Positions 33,150 to 48,409 of a stretch of DNA of 64,000 nucleotides are shown here, piece after piece (positions within the stretch are counted from its first letter, which is position 1; every line of letters begins with the position of its first letter). The stretch lies in NCBI RefSeq assembly GCF_009914755.1, contig NC_060930.1. One strand, given 5' to 3'. The notes beneath the pieces are model-generated. The model saw nothing but the letters and a program-made list of their open reading frames with translations, was not told the origin of the DNA and did not search any database. The stretch comes from the human T2T-CHM13v2.0 reference genome, Homo sapiens. The translations under genes and the position numbers were made by a program.

Positions 33150-33901
33150 CTCTGTACTTAACTTTGATTTGAGTAAATTTTGGTTTTGGTCTTCAACATT
33201 TTCATGCTCTTTGTTCACCCCACCAATTTTAAATGGGCAGATGGGGGGATTTAGCTGCTTTTGATAAGGAACAGCTGCACAAAGGACTGAGCAGGCTGCA
33301 AGGTCACAGAGGGGAGAGCCAAGAAGTTGTCCACGCATTTACCTCATCAGCTAACGAGGGCTTGACATGCATTTTTACTGTCTTTATTCCTGACACTGAG
33401 ATGAATGTTTTCAAAGCTGCAACATGCATGGGGAGTCATGCGAACCGATTCTGTTATTGGGAATGAAATCTGTCACCGACTGCTTGACTTGAGCCCAGGG
33501 GACACAGAGCAGAGAGCTGTATATGATGGAGTGAACCGGTCCATGGATGTGTAACACAAGACCAACTGAGAGTCTGAATGTTATTCTGGGGCACACGTGA
33601 GTCTAGGATTGGTGCCAAGAGCATGTAAATGAACAACAAGCAAATATTGAAGGTGGACCACTTATTTCCCATTGCTAATTGCCTGCCCGGTTTTGAAACA
33701 GTCTGCAGTACACACGGTGACAGGAGAATGACCTGTGGGAGAGATACATGTTTAGAAGGAAGAGAAAGGACAAAGGCACACGTTTTACCATTTAAAATAT
33801 TGTTACCAAACAAAAATATCCATTCAAAATACAATTTAACAATGCAACAGTCATCTTACAGCAGAGAAATGCAGAGAAAAGCAAAACTGCAAGTGACTGT
33901 G

Positions 33902-33907
33902 AATAAA
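33902..33907 (+). terminator. PLG: Candidate distal PLG polyadenylation signal AATAAA
   Basis: AATAAA about 960 nt after the stop, with downstream TGTGTTTATTT. Confidence 0.55.
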
Positions 33908-36619
33908 GGGTGAATGTAGTCTCAAATCCTCAAAGAGCTGTGTTTATTTCATTGACAAATAGATTATTTGTATTCAATTCTGATGTGCTTTAAGGATGAA
34001 GTTTCTCATTTTACAATTAGCACACACTTCGTATATGTTGTCACCTGTTCTCCTTACACAAATGTTGTTCCCCATTTTGAAGGATTCCCTTTGGTACCAG
34101 TTTTGCCTGTCCACATAAAGTATTTCATTTAAAAAGCTCAGCATAAAATATAGACTGCATCTGAAAAGATATTGAATATAATATACATAGCAGAACACAC
34201 ACGTTCCACATTTCAAAAGCCTCGATAACAAAAAAGAAAGATCAAAGCCCTTATTAGTCGCTGTAAAGCCATTTATAAAGCTCCTGCTGATCCTGTTAAG
34301 CATGGATATAATTGACCTTTCTTTTAAATTAAAATGTAAGCTTTTCCCCAAGACAACTCAAAGTGCCAAGACTGAATGGGAACTGTCCATGTTTCTAACT
34401 CTTGGCCACGGGCACCATCAGAACTGAACTTAACAAATATATGAAAAATATCTCTTCATTTTTAAAATCCTAAGACCCAGAAATCATAATCCATGGGATT
34501 TGTTTAGTAAAGAAGAAAATCTGTGGCTCTAGGTGTCCACTAAAGGAGAGCCAAAAATGTCCCGAATAATCTCAGGACCACAGCATCATTTTATGAATAA
34601 CAGAACCAAGACCTCAGATTGTACAACAGATTGGTTCTTATTGCTGGAATGGGGCATAAACCATGCCTGGAACCCCAGATGCTACAGAGAAGGTAGATGG
34701 GAGAGACTTCTGACCTGTTCATGTTGCAAAGGCGTGCGGAGACCAAGGTGAGCAGAGGACACGAATGCTCACATTCTGTGGCCCAGGAACCTGTGATTCA
34801 ATCTCCTCATTAACAGGATTCCCAAATTTTCATCCTCCCTGCAATTTTTCAAATGCTCGGTTATGGGCTTAGTCCCTTGACTGATCAGATTTGATGAACA
34901 TTTCTGCACAAATTTCCCAAATCCTTGGTTTTCAAATCCTGCATTCTTGATGGAGCTGTTATGAGAATCGGGTGGGGGGCTTCTCTCGTCTCTCTTTAGC
35001 CTAATGAATCAGAGACCAGGAAGAGCCATGCACCTGAGAGGCTCTTTTTTAAGCCAGCTACATATTATGTGTTCCCAGAAACTTCAACAGCACTACAAAT
35101 AATACTAACTCATCCAACATTATATAAAAATACTCTGGATAGATTGAGGTCTTTATACAGTATTACAACAGTGTGGCATAATGTAGCTGAAATGCACACG
35201 TGCATCTCTGCAAGGACAGCTTTGCAAGGAGGATCAGCTCCTGGATAGCTCCTTCCTTCCCTCTGTCAGGGGCCTCAAAGGTGAGAGCTGGAAACTGGAG
35301 TTTTTTTATTCCTGCCACACTTATAGGAATGTGGACTGAAAAAACAAAGGAGAAAGGAGAAAGTCTTCGTGAAAGATTATGCAACTAGTTAGAGGAAGGT
35401 CTTCTGTTATTATTTAATAGCATAGCTGGTTTTGATCAAATACACATACCTAACTTCTGATGAAAACCCAACTCAAAGGTAACAAAAATCACTTCAGGCT
35501 AATTTTTTGACTTGCTTTCAGACCCTAGACAGAGGTTAGTTAGCATTACAGTATTTAAGCTCTTTATGAATTTCTGCTGAATTAACATATGTTTGGAAAT
35601 CAGCTGCTGATGTGAACCCAGCAGAAATGATAGAATAATCCAGTGCAGTTTTAGAAGGGAATATACTAACAGGTTTCAGTAATTTAGCACGAACTAGTTT
35701 TTTTAGAGTAAATAACCATGGATCACAATCAATGTGCTTAATTTGTAGTACAGTAAACCATACTTCTAGATTTTTTCAAGTGTGGGGACTAGGTATAATT
35801 AATCTATCCAACTTTTCATTATGAAAATTTATAAACAGAAAAAAATTAGAATTTGTGTAACTTAAATTTTTGTTGGTAGAATTCCTCATGTTTATATATT
35901 AGTTGGATATTGATTTTCCTTGCTCCCCATTGGGACAATCCTGCACCACCCCACCACCCTTCACCAGCCAAAAACAATCTCTCCCAGTTGTTTAATTTTA
36001 ATGCAGCTGATGTGGTAGAAGAGTCCTGGTCTCAAAGGACTCCCTCTTCCTCCATTTCTTCCTGATGAGTTTGCAAATCTGACTGATTCTGATTGAATCA
36101 AGAATGAATGCATCACTCTCAGTGTGTAAACAGGCAGCAGTCAATGGAGTAGAATCAAAGGGAAGAAAGATTTTCCTCAGGATTTTTGAAATATTAAAAA
36201 ACATTAGAGTTCCATATCCTTAATTTCCAGTTCATTATCAAGATTGCTTTTTATTTTTTAAGTTAGCAGTTAAATCATTTTTAAAGATTACGCAAAAAAA
36301 CAAGACTATGTGTTCTATTTAAAAAAAAAAAATCAAACAGTACAGAAGTCTCTGACAGGAAAGTGATGGCCCTCCCTTCGCTACCCATCTCCCCAGCCCA
36401 TTTGTGTCCCCAGATATTGTTTTACATCTTTTACTGTAATTCTCATATTCATATCTCTGTCTTTTTTAGTGAAAAATGTCAAACAGAAACTTATAAAGAT
36501 TTCAGTAATGTTAATTTTTGTTGATATAACTCTTCATGTTCATATATTGGCTGGATATTAGCTTTCCTTGTACACTATTTGCCTCCAAAACTCAATCTCT
36601 CTTTCTTTTCTCTGTCTAC

Positions 36620-36697
36620 TTACCTCTATTACCTATCTATCATCTATTATCTATTTATCCATTCATCAATCCTTCTACCCATTATCTATCCTCTGTG

Positions 36698-36743
<46 letters not shown>

Positions 36744-36800
36744 ATCTATCATCCATCTACCTATTATCTGCCTATCTACCATTTGTGTGTCATCTGTCTT
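36620..36800. repeat. (TCTA)n STR; perfect core (TCTA)11 at 36698-36741
   Basis: Counted directly. Confidence 0.93.
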
Positions 36801-38065
36801 CCTATCCAGCTACAGAGAGGGACTGCCTTTGGTTTTAGTTTTTTATAAATACTCTAACACATTGTTGAGTGATGTTTCACTTTGTAATCAGTCTTGAAAA
36901 CCTGCCTATGCCATTCCATCTAGACAGACCTGACGTCAGCCTCCTCACTCTGTAGAGTAAGCCACACTGTTAATCCCCTGCTGCTGCACGTCCCAGCGAT
37001 TTCCACTTTCCCACGTCAGCAGTTCCTGCCTTTAGATCACTTCTGAGTCTTAGCACCTTACATGGAAATGCTTCTCTCTTCACAATCATGTTTAAAAAAT
37101 AATGAATATTCTTATCTAGCTTTGGTGGGATTTTTTACATTAATATTTTATGTTTACTTTGAATTTTTTGCTTACGATGTAAGATGAGGATTTATTGTTA
37201 TTTTTTCCCCATGCATGTTCAATTTTCTCAACATCTTCCTTTCTCCAGTGGTTTGAAATGCTGCTTTTATTTAGGGTGCATTGAATTTTGGACAATGCCT
37301 GCCAAGTTTTTCTACATCATCCACTGTTTCTGGCAAGGCAATACCCGTGATTTCAGGCAAAAGCATCACGAGGCCACCACAGATGGATGCCAGGGTACCT
37401 ACGGAATAGGGGAGAGGTGTTACTGCCCCCAGGAACACACAGCTGGGCCTTCCCCCACAGGCCTCCTCACTGTGAAGCCACCGTGTTACTCACTGGAGTG
37501 GCTCTCAACCACAGCAACCTCTACACCCCAGATCACTGCCTTGGCTCTCCTTCACCATGATTTCAAATGTTCTCTCCCTTCCTCAAACCCTGAGCTATGG
37601 CCCCTGTACACCTGGCAGCCATGGGTTCTCTCACACATCTCACAGTGATTGACTGAGTGCCTTCTCGGGGTCCAACACCCAAGGCCTCCCCTCCTGCATC
37701 ACAGGGAAACAGAAGTGCTGGAGGGGAGTCCCCTCTGCACCTGCTCACTGACACTCTCACTTACCTGCTCCTCTCCCTCCCATTCCACCTGTCACCTTAC
37801 ACTGGAAGAATTGTCTTGGTGTCTACCCCAGGGCCAGTGCTCACCTAGGCTTGTCTTTTTGGGTGCCTCACTATGGTGATTAACCCTTTCTCCAGTATCT
37901 TTAACCTATTGGGAGAAGCTTTCAAACACATTAAGATCTTTCTTGTTTGACCAGCCTTCTCTCATTCTCACCTCATCCTTCCATTACCATCCTTTCTTTT
38001 ACTGTTCTTTAGAGCCAAAGTTCTTGAAAAGCCACCCTCTCCTATTTTCTCCACTTATTTGTATC

Positions 38066-38320
38066 CAAGTGGTGTGCTAGTAAATGCCTAACAACTGGCT
38101 TTGGACAATCAAGCCCTGATTGGCAGCATCTGCCAATGTGCACGGTGTAAATGCTCCCACTGTGGGCCCTTCAGTCTACTGACACAACATCCCTGCCTGT
38201 GCCACTAGGAAGAGATGCAGGAGCCCCATCAATGTGGCTTCCACCATAAAGACGCAGCAGACACAATCTCAGGAACACAGGTAATACTGAAGATGTAGTA
38301 GATGAACTAGAAACTGATGA
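38066..38320 (+). mobile_element. MER63-like hAT DNA transposon fragment
   Basis: GTGGTGTGCTAGTAAATG...GCCCTGATTGGCAGC...GGTGTAAATGCTCCCAC resembles the MER63 5' end as I recall it. Confidence 0.55.
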
Positions 38321-40022
38321 ATGTTGAGACTAAAATCAGTTCCTACTTTAAATGCATAGACATTAATGTAACACAACAAGAAACATGAAAAAACAAGGAG
38401 GTAAAATAAAACACCATCAAAGGACACAATAATTTCCCAGTAGCTGGTCCCATAGAAATAAAGATATATTAACAACCTGACAAAGATTTCAAAATAATTA
38501 TTTGAAGAAAGCTTGGTAAACTTCAAGAAAATACAGAGAATTCAATAAAATCAGAAAAACAATAAAAGACCAAAATGAGAAATGTAATGGAGAGATTAAA
38601 ACTGTTTAAAAAGTCAAACAGAATTTCTGAAACTGGAAAAATAATTAAGTGAAAAATGCAATAGACAGCATCAAAAGCAGAATTCATCATGTAGAATAAA
38701 TAATCTGTGAACTTGAAGACAGGTTATTTGTGAATATAGAATCGAAGAAGAAAAAATAGTAAAAAAATAAAGTTTACAGGACTTATGAGGCAGCATGAAA
38801 AGTGCAAATATTTTAGTTATAAGAGTTCACAAAGGAGAAAAAAAGGGGTAGAAAGCTTATTTTAAAAATAACAGAAAACTTTCTAAATCTAGGGAAAGAT
38901 ATCAACATCCAGGTCCAAGATGGTCAAAAGTCTCTAACTAAATTCAGTTCAAACATAACTACATCAAGGCAAAGTCAGACTGTCAAAAATAAAGACAAAG
39001 AGAAAATCGTAAAAGCAGAAAGAGAAAAGAAGCAAATCACATATAACAGAGTTCCAGTAAGGCTAGCAGCAAAGTTCTCAACAGGTTCCATACAGGCCAG
39101 GAAAGAGCAGGTTAATATATTCAAAATGCTGAAGAAAAAAACTACAAAATAAGGATACTGCATTCACCAAAGCTGTGCCTCAGAAATGGAGATATCAAGT
39201 TTTTACCAAATAAACAAAAGCTGAGGAAGTTCATTAACCCCAGACCTGTCTTACAAGAAATGCTAAAGGGAGTCTGCAAGATGAAAAAAGATGCTAATTA
39301 GTAACAAAAAAGAAAACATAAAACTCACTAGTTAAAGTAAGTACATAGTCAAATTCATAATATTCAAATACGTTAATGGTGGCCACATATATCTGTAATA
39401 TGAAAGAATGAATCTCTTATATCTTTAGCATGAAGGTTAAAAGACAAAACTATTGAAAATAATAGCTACAATAATTTTTTAAGGGATATATGCTATAAAA
39501 AGATATACATTGTGACATAAAAAAATTTTAAATGCAGGGAGATGTGGAGTAAAGGCACAGAGTTTTTATGCAATCAAAATTAAGTTGTTATCAGCATAAA
39601 ATAGCCCGATATAATTATGAGACTTTTTGTAAGCATCATGGTAACCACAAAGCAAAAGCATAAGGTAGATATACAAAAGATAAAAAGGAATCAAAGCATC
39701 CCACTAGAGAAAAATCACTTAATCACATAGAAAGATAGCAAGACAGGAAGAAAGGAACAAAGAGTCTACAAAACAACCAGAAAGCAATTAACAAAATGAT
39801 AACAGTAGTCCCTTACCTATCAATAATTATCTTGAATGAAAATGGATTAAATTCTCCAATAAAAAGATATACAGAGGTAGAATACACTAAAAAATAAGAT
39901 CCAACTGTATGCTGCCTACAGGACACTCACTTCACCTATAAGGACACAAATAAACTGAAAGTAATGGGATGGACAAAATATTCCATGCAAATGGAAACCA
40001 AAAGAGAGCAGGTGTAGTTATA

Positions 40023-40702
40023 CAGATTGAGTATCCCTAATCCAAAAGTCTGAAATCTGAAATAGTCCAAAATTAATAAAATTTTAAGTGCTGACATGAT
40101 GTTCAAAGGAATTGCTCACTGGAGCACTTTGGATTTTGGTCTTTCGGGATGCTAAAACAGTAAATATATAATGTGTAGTAGTCCATTCTCACACTACTAT
40201 AAAGAATGCTACCTGAGACTGGGTAACTATGAGGAGGTTTAATTGACTCAGTTCCACAAGCTTAACAGGAAGCATGGCTAGGAGGCCTCAGGAAATGTAC
40301 AATATTGGCAGAAGGTGAAGGGGAAGCAGGCACCTTCTTAACAAGGTGGCAGAAGGGAGTGTGAGTGTGTGAAGGGGGAACTGTCAAACACATATAAAAC
40401 CATCAGATTTCATGAGAACTCACTCACTTTCATGAGAACAGCATGAGGGAAACTGCTCCCATGATCCAATCACCTCCCACTGGGTCCTTCCCTTGACATG
40501 TGGCAATTATGGGGATTACAATTCAAGATGAGATTTGGGTGGGGACACAGCCAAACTATATCATAATGCAAATATTCCAAAATAAAAAAAAATTTCAAAA
40601 TTCTAAAAAAGTAAACCATATTATAATTCAAATATTCCAAAAAAATTCAAAATTGAAAACACTTCCGGTTTCAGGAATTTTGGATAAGGGAAACTGAATC
40701 TA
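40023..40702. mobile_element. Tigger4/MER46-like DNA transposon inserted in L1, split by a MaLR LTR
   Basis: Imperfect inverted termini CAGATTGAGTATCCCTAATCCAAAA ... TTTTGGATAAGGGAAACTGAATCTA. Confidence 0.7.
40174..40563 (-). mobile_element. MaLR solo LTR (MST/THE1 type)
   Basis: TGTAGTAGTCCATTCTCACAC ... GGGGACACAGCCAAACTATATCA; perfect 5-bp TSD TAATG. Confidence 0.88.
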
Positions 40703-40723
40703 CATGAGGTAAAACGACTTTAA

Positions 40724-41041
<318 letters not shown>

Positions 41042-43297
41042 TCAAAAACTGTAAAAAGAGACAAAGAAGATCATAACATAATGATAAAGAGATCAATTTG
41101 TTATAACAATTATAAATACTTATTAATATATATACCCAAAATTTGAGTACCTACGTATAACAACTAAAAAAATTAATAGATCTCAAAGGAGAGCTAGACT
41201 GTACTATAATCATAGTAGCAGACTTCAATAGCTCCACTTAGCTCCATAGTAGCTGACTTCAATAGCTCCAGACAGAGAATCATTATGGAAACATGAGATT
41301 TAAACTACACTTTAGGCCAAATGGACCTAACAGAAATATATAGAACATTCTGTCCAACAGCAGTAGAATACACATTATTCTCAAGTGCACATAGAACTTT
41401 CTCCACAATAGATCATATGTTAGGTCACAAAACAAGTAAACAAATTTAAGAAGATTAGAATCATACCAGGTATTCTTTTCAGATTATAATTGTATGAAAC
41501 TAGAAATCAATGACAGGAGAATATTGGAAAATCCACAAATACATAGAAATTAATCAACATGCTCCTGAACAATCAATGATCAAAGAAGATATTAAAAGAT
41601 AAATTTAAAAACTCAAAACTAATGAAAATGGGCACACTAACATACCAATAACTTATAGTATGCAGCAAAAGTGGTTCTAAGAGGGAAGCTTTTAGCAATA
41701 AACACTTACATCAAAAAAGAAGAAAGATATCAAATAAGCAACCTAACATTACTCCTCAAAAAAATAGACAAAGAAGAAAAGAAAAACTAACCCAACAGTT
41801 AGTAGAGGGAAAGAAATAATAAAGATCACCATAGAAATAGTGAAGTAGAGACCAGAAAAATGATAAAAAAAAAAAAAAGAAAGAAAACTAACGGTTTTTA
41901 AAAAGATAAAAAAATTGACCAACTTTTAACTAGATTAAGAAAAACAAAGAAGACTCAAATGAAATCAGAAAGAGGAGACATTACAATAGATATTACAGAA
42001 GTACAAATGATCATAAGAGACTACTGTGAACAATTATATGTCAACAAATTGGATAACTTAGAAGAAATGAATGAATTCCTAGAAGTGAAAAACCTACCAA
42101 GACTGACTCAGAAAGAAATAGAAAATCTGAACAGACCAATAAGTATAAGATTGAATCAGTAATAACTTCCATCAACAAAAAGCCCAGGACCTAATCATAC
42201 CTGAATTAACTGCTGAATCATACCAAACATTAAAAGGACTAATATCAATCCTCCTCAAACTCTTCCAAAAAGTTAAAGCAAAGGGAATGCTTTCAAGTTC
42301 ATTTTATGCGGACAGCATTATGCTGATATGAAACACAAAAAAGAATACTGTAAGGAAAGAAAATTACAGGCAATATCCCCGATGAACATATGTGCAAAAA
42401 TCTTCAACAAAATACTAGGAAACGGAATCCAACAGAACATTAAAAGGATCATTCGCCATGATCAAGTGGGAATTGTCCCAGGAATGCAAGGATAGTTCAA
42501 CATACACAAATAAATAAATGAAAGGATAAATGGATGATAAAAATGTGTGTATCCATATGTGTGTGTCTGTGTTATATACACATTTTTATATTATATACAT
42601 ATATATACACTCACATATACACATTGTGTGTGTGTGTGTCTGTGTCTTATATACAGACACACACACACAATGGAATATTATTCAGCCTTAATAAAGAAGG
42701 AAACCCTGCCTTTGCATCAACATGGATGAACCTGGAGGACATTATGATAAGTGAAATAAGCCAGACAAAGAAGGAAAATACTGTGTAAGCTTACATATGG
42801 AATCTAAGAAAGTTGAACTCTTAGAAACGGAGTAGAATGGTGATTACCAGGGCTGGGGAAGAGGGAAATGGAGAGATATTGGTCAAAAAATACAAATGTG
42901 CAGTTTTGCAAGATAAACAGGTTCTGGAAATCTAATGAACTGAATGCTGACTACAGTTAACAATACTGTATTGCATACTTGAAATTTGCTAAAAGAGTTG
43001 ATCCTAAGTGTTCTTACCATGTACACAAAAGTATGTGAGATGATGAATACTTTAATTAGCTTGATTATGGTAATAATTTCACAATGTGCATTTATATTAA
43101 AACATTACCTTGTACATCTTAAATATATACAATTTTTGTCAAGTGTATCTCAATAAAACTGGAAAACAATTGAAGAGTAATGAAAAAAATTAAAAGCTAT
43201 TATGTGTCAAAGGACATAATCAACAAAGTGAAAAAACCTACTGATGAAGCAAATCTATTGACAAAGGCCTGGTATCCAGAATATATTAAAATCTCTA

Positions 43298-43536
<239 letters not shown>

Positions 43537-44787
43537 AGAAAAAAAAAAAAAACTTACAATTCAACAACAAAAAGAAAAACAAGAATGTAAAGAGACATTT
43601 TTCCAAAAAAGATATATAAATAGTCAACAAGTACATGAAATGATGGTTAACATCATTAGTCATTAAGAAAATGCCAATAAAGTCATAATGAAATAAGACT
43701 TCATATGCATTAGGATGTCTATAATTTAAAAAATAGAGAATAACAAGTGGTGGTGAGGATGTAAAGAAATTAGAATCCTGTACATTGCTGGTGGGAATAT
43801 AAAATGGTTCAACCACAGTGGAAAATAATTTGGCAGTTCCTTAAAATGGTAAACATAGAATTACCATATGATCTAACACTTCTACTCTTAGGTATATAGA
43901 CAAAAAAAATTGAAAACAAGTACCCAGATACCTTGCATGAGAAGGTTCATAGCAGCACTATTACAAAAGCCACAAGCTGGAAACAACCCAAATATCAATC
44001 AATAGACGAGGGGATAAACAAATTGTGGCTTATACAGCCACAAAAAGGAATGAAGCACTGGTACATGCTGCATGGCTAAACCTTGAAAGCAAGGGCTGGG
44101 ATGGGGTCATGGAAAGTAATAGCTTACTGTGTACTGCATTGTATTTTGAGGTAATGAAAATGTTTTGGAACTGGATAGAGGTAGTGGTTGTCGTGTACTA
44201 CATAAAACTAATTGTCCACTTTAAGATGGTTAATATTCTTATGGGAATTTCTCAATTAAAAAATACCTTCCATGTATTCTAAGGATGATACTAGATTTCA
44301 TTCAGTATCAGATACAGAGATTTGCTCTGGCAAAATGAGGAAGTAATTTTTTTGAAAAAGGAAGATGTGAGATTCAACAAATGGGGGATCAAATATCAGA
44401 GAGGCAAGGGGATCTTCTGGATGACAGTCCATGGAGATCCCACGACAGATGGACAGCAGGCCGGCCGTGCACCCAGGCCAGGCCAGGCCAGAGCAGGGAC
44501 GATGGCTCCTGAGAAGCTCTCTCTAAGAACATTGCTAGATGGCCTAATGGGTTTGGGGGCATATTGAAAAGGTTTATAAAACTGAGAATTTGGAGTAGAA
44601 TTAGAAAAATGACATAAAATCTTACAGAAAAGAAAACAACGAATTCTAGGGAGAAATATAAGAGTATACTACATGCCTCAGTTATAAATAGCATTTTCAT
44701 AGTCATGAAGAAATATGAACACTGAATATTTACTTAACCAAAATTACAATATAATTACATAATTATGTTAGGTACATATAGCAAAAG

Positions 44788-45050
44788 GATGTGTGTGTGT
44801 ATGTAGTATGTATGATGTTTGTGGTGTGTGTGTGGTATGTGTATGGTGTGTGTATGGTGTGAGGTGTGTGCAGTGTGTCTGGCGTTTATGGTGTGTATGT
44901 GTGTTGTGTACAGTGTGGTGTGTACGTGGTATGTGGTGCGTATGCTGTGTCTGTGTGTTGTGCATCGTGTCTGTGGTGTATGTGGTGTGTGTGTGCATAG
45001 TGTATATATGGGATGTGTGTATATGTGGCATGTGTGTGGTGTGTGTTTTG
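44788..45050. repeat. (TG)n-rich low-complexity tract
   Basis: Seen directly. Confidence 0.9.
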
Positions 45051-46839
45051 ATGTTGATGGTGCATTAAAAGGAGTTAAATCCTAATATTCCCAGGTGGGA
45101 AGTCCATAGGTGTGTTAGTCGTTCTCACATTGCTGTAATACCTGAGACTGGGTAATGTAATAATGAACTATGTAATCAGCTACAGAGTTGAGGGTGTGGA
45201 GCTCACCCAGGACAGCTGAGCTACTGGTGTAAAATGAATGGTATTTTTAAAAATGGCTATTTGTAGAATTTACAGAACTAGGACACCCCAACCAAGGGTT
45301 GATAAGAAAGGACCCCAGGGCTCTGTCTCAGCTCTCCTGGCCACATCTGGAGGACATGGGCTTCTCCAAGGTCTCACACTTTCAGGAAGTGTTGATGAAG
45401 GATATGGAGAGACCTGAAGCTCTGGGCGCTGCGTAGTCTGAGAAGAGAAGCTTCGGGAACGTGGGAACTGAGTGCAGATACCGGAGGGCTGTCATCCAGC
45501 AGAGGGAGTAGGTGACGACTGGCCTAGGGAGGGACCCTTATCAAGGCTGCATTTGTTGATTGCCTTCTTTGTGTGGGGCACTGCTGTGACTGCATTAAAT
45601 TTCCATTTACCTAAATCCAATTTTGTGCGCTTGTTTTCTACTCTTGTAGGAAAGACAACAGCGACAACCTCAAGCCAGTAATCTAGTCAAAGGAGCAATT
45701 CCCAAGGCACGACATGTGGGGAATTCACATTCATTGGCACTACAGTTATTGCTGATAACGCCAACTTAATGCCTGGCCAACAGCATGGATCCTGACCTCC
45801 ACTATTCTTGTGTGTTTAGAGAACCACAAAAAAGTGCAGTGTTTTCATTTTTGTTGCTTGTTTCGCAGGTCTACATAATCTACTTTTTAAAGTCAAAAAC
45901 GGTCTTAGTGATGCACAATAAAAGTATAAACTCAGTACAGTGCATAGTATCTTTTTCATATACGTATGAATATATATACACTTTTACACATGTATGCATA
46001 TGTATCATATGGGTCAAAACACTAGATGGAATGGAATTTTTTTAATTGAAATATTTTCTGGTTATTAAGCATATCAGCTACCTTTAAAGTATTAATTTTA
46101 CTGTATTTATATTAATTATTGAAGCTTGAACTTCAGAATAGTGGAGGATAAAAGTTAAACACTGCAAAAAGATTTCTCCTTTATTACTTCTTTAAATCAG
46201 AGAAAAGACATTTAAAGAGAAAACAGGAAGTACCTTCCCCACTCCACATAACTTATGAAGTAAGCAGCTAATTGATCATACCATAAAGAGGCACCAAATA
46301 AAATCTGTGTGTCTCAAAACAGGAGCACTGCTTCTGTGAAATCAGTTAAAGTAAATACCCATATTGGTCATGCACTGAAACATATATTTTCCTAAGTGAA
46401 TTCTCCATAATTCTGAAAATCAGTGAAAACATCATCTCATGTTACTTTAATCTACACAAAACCAAGCAGCGCATATGACTCTCCATGTTTCAGGGCATAC
46501 ACATCCCTTTCCACCAGGGATCAATGTGCCCTATGGGAAGCAACTTCTTGCCTTTTAAACCAGATTCAGTAAACAAAAATTGTTTTGTATAGCTGACACA
46601 GTATCACATCAATTGCACGAAAAAGATCAGTCTGTGGAAGGAAGGTTACAAAGTCAAACGAGGCACGTTAAGGAGGCCTAACCCATCACATTGGATGTTC
46701 TGCTGTTAGAATGTTTTTCGGGTCAGAAATACAGGTACTAGGACTCCCTGAATCCAGCAGGTGTTAGAACAGAGGAAGGCAGAGGGCAACCTCCTGCAAA
46801 ACATCTACCCTTGCCAGTTTCTAATCCAGGGTCCAGGGG

Positions 46840-47490
46840 CTGGAGCATCCGGGCTCCCCGTGCTTGCGCTTGGAAGCAGAAACGCCTTCAACCCTCACTT
46901 CTCACAGGACCTCCGACCCACCTACCTGAGGCTCAGCCCCAGAGCCGGCGGGTGGACGGAGCGGGATCGCGCCCTGGAACACGGAGCTGGCGAGGAAGGA
47001 GAAAAGCCCAGCTGGCGGCGTAGGGGCGAGGGTCCTGCCTTTCCCGGCGGCCTCGCCCTGGCCATCCTGGCCCTGCGGGAAGGGGTCAGCCCACCCGAGC
47101 CTCGTCCACCCCTCGTCCACCCCTCCGCCTCCCGCCCCGGCACCACGCCGCGCCCGCGTCCCCGCCCAGTGCCCGCGCCTTTGCGGGCCCCGGTCCTGCG
47201 GGGCCCCTCGCGCACTCCAGAAGCATCAGTATCCTCCGGGCGGCCACGGGCCAGCTGCGGCTCCCACCCTGGCGACCCTGGATTGCTCTCCCCATTCTCA
47301 GCCTCACCCCCCACTCCTTCCACCCCATATTTTGCCGCCTCGAAGGACATGAACCATCTGCTGGCTGAAGGCGCTTGGACCTGAAACCAGCGACAGGTTT
47401 TGGCAGCTGCACGCTCACTCCCAGGGAGGCGAGGGCGCCCGGCGAAGTGTGGGGTCTGCCGCCCCCTGCCGGCTCGGCTGACGTTCGCTT
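46840..47490. promoter_or_regulatory. CpG island
   Basis: Abrupt GC-rich, CpG-dense segment with GC boxes (CCCGCCCC) in AT-rich surroundings; not a recognisable repeat. Confidence 0.88.
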
Positions 47491-48409
47491 CTGTTTCCAC
47501 GCTGCCCAGCAGTGTTCCAGGTGGAACATTTCAAAGGCAAGGCTGAGAATAAATGCTGTTTACAAATTCCAGAAAAGAAAAAAAAATGTTGCTCTTCTCT
47601 TTAGTAAAAGGTTTTCCCAGACAAGCCAGCACTTCTGTGGGTTGTATTTAAATCTTAAGTACATGAGAGCTGTTGCCTGCAGGCGCTGGTATTGCCCAAG
47701 GAGGGTAGTTTCAGGACAAAGTCTCTGAAAACTCCAGGCTCTTGGACGAAGCAACCTTTCCACATTATGTAGCATAATCTACCAGGTCCTGCGATTTACC
47801 CATCGTGCAAAAGGAGCAAGTCTCTTTAAAACAGGGCTTTCAGAGAGTCTTTTCAGGAGAAAAAAAATGTTGGAAGAACCGATTCGTTGCCTATTTGTTG
47901 TTGACTTTGCATCTAAACTGATCCCCTTAAAAGTATTTATGGGTATGAACGATAAATAATGAAAGGGATCAAAATAGGAATGTTTCATTTACTTTAACCT
48001 GGCCCATGCAGTGCACTTCAGGCCCTAGACTCTGGTTTGGACTCTGCGATTTCTACCTTCCTTGGCTTTGTTTGCTTCACTGATCAGAGTTCTGTGAATA
48101 CAGTAGGTGCTCGATAAATGCTTATTCTGGTTATTGCCATTGATGCCTGTGGCAGTAACTGCAGACCGGCAGGCTCCGGCAGCAACGAGGCGTGGGGCTG
48201 GAGGGCCTGGCTCTGGCATCCAACCCTGCTCCATCTGACACACAAGCGGTGTGACTCTGGGGAAGCTATGAACCTCTGCGGAACTCTCTATTAGTAAGAT
48301 GAGAGTGGTAGTAATAGCACCTCCCTCATAGGGTCAGAGTGAGGAATAAATGAAATAACCTGTGTAAAGAACCTAGTGTGGTGCCTAGTATTGTGTAAAC
48401 TACTCAGGG

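Noticed and set aside
44768-45085. Cys/Val- and His/Thr-rich ORFs
   Set aside because: (TG)n low-complexity artefact; the same applies to 2632-3079, 36536-36897 and 42534-42788
46761-47529. Overlapping 207-, 192- and 147-aa ORFs across the CpG island
   Set aside because: Pro/Arg/Gly/Ala-rich with no recognisable domain; long ORFs on both strands are expected from stop-codon scarcity in GC-rich DNA
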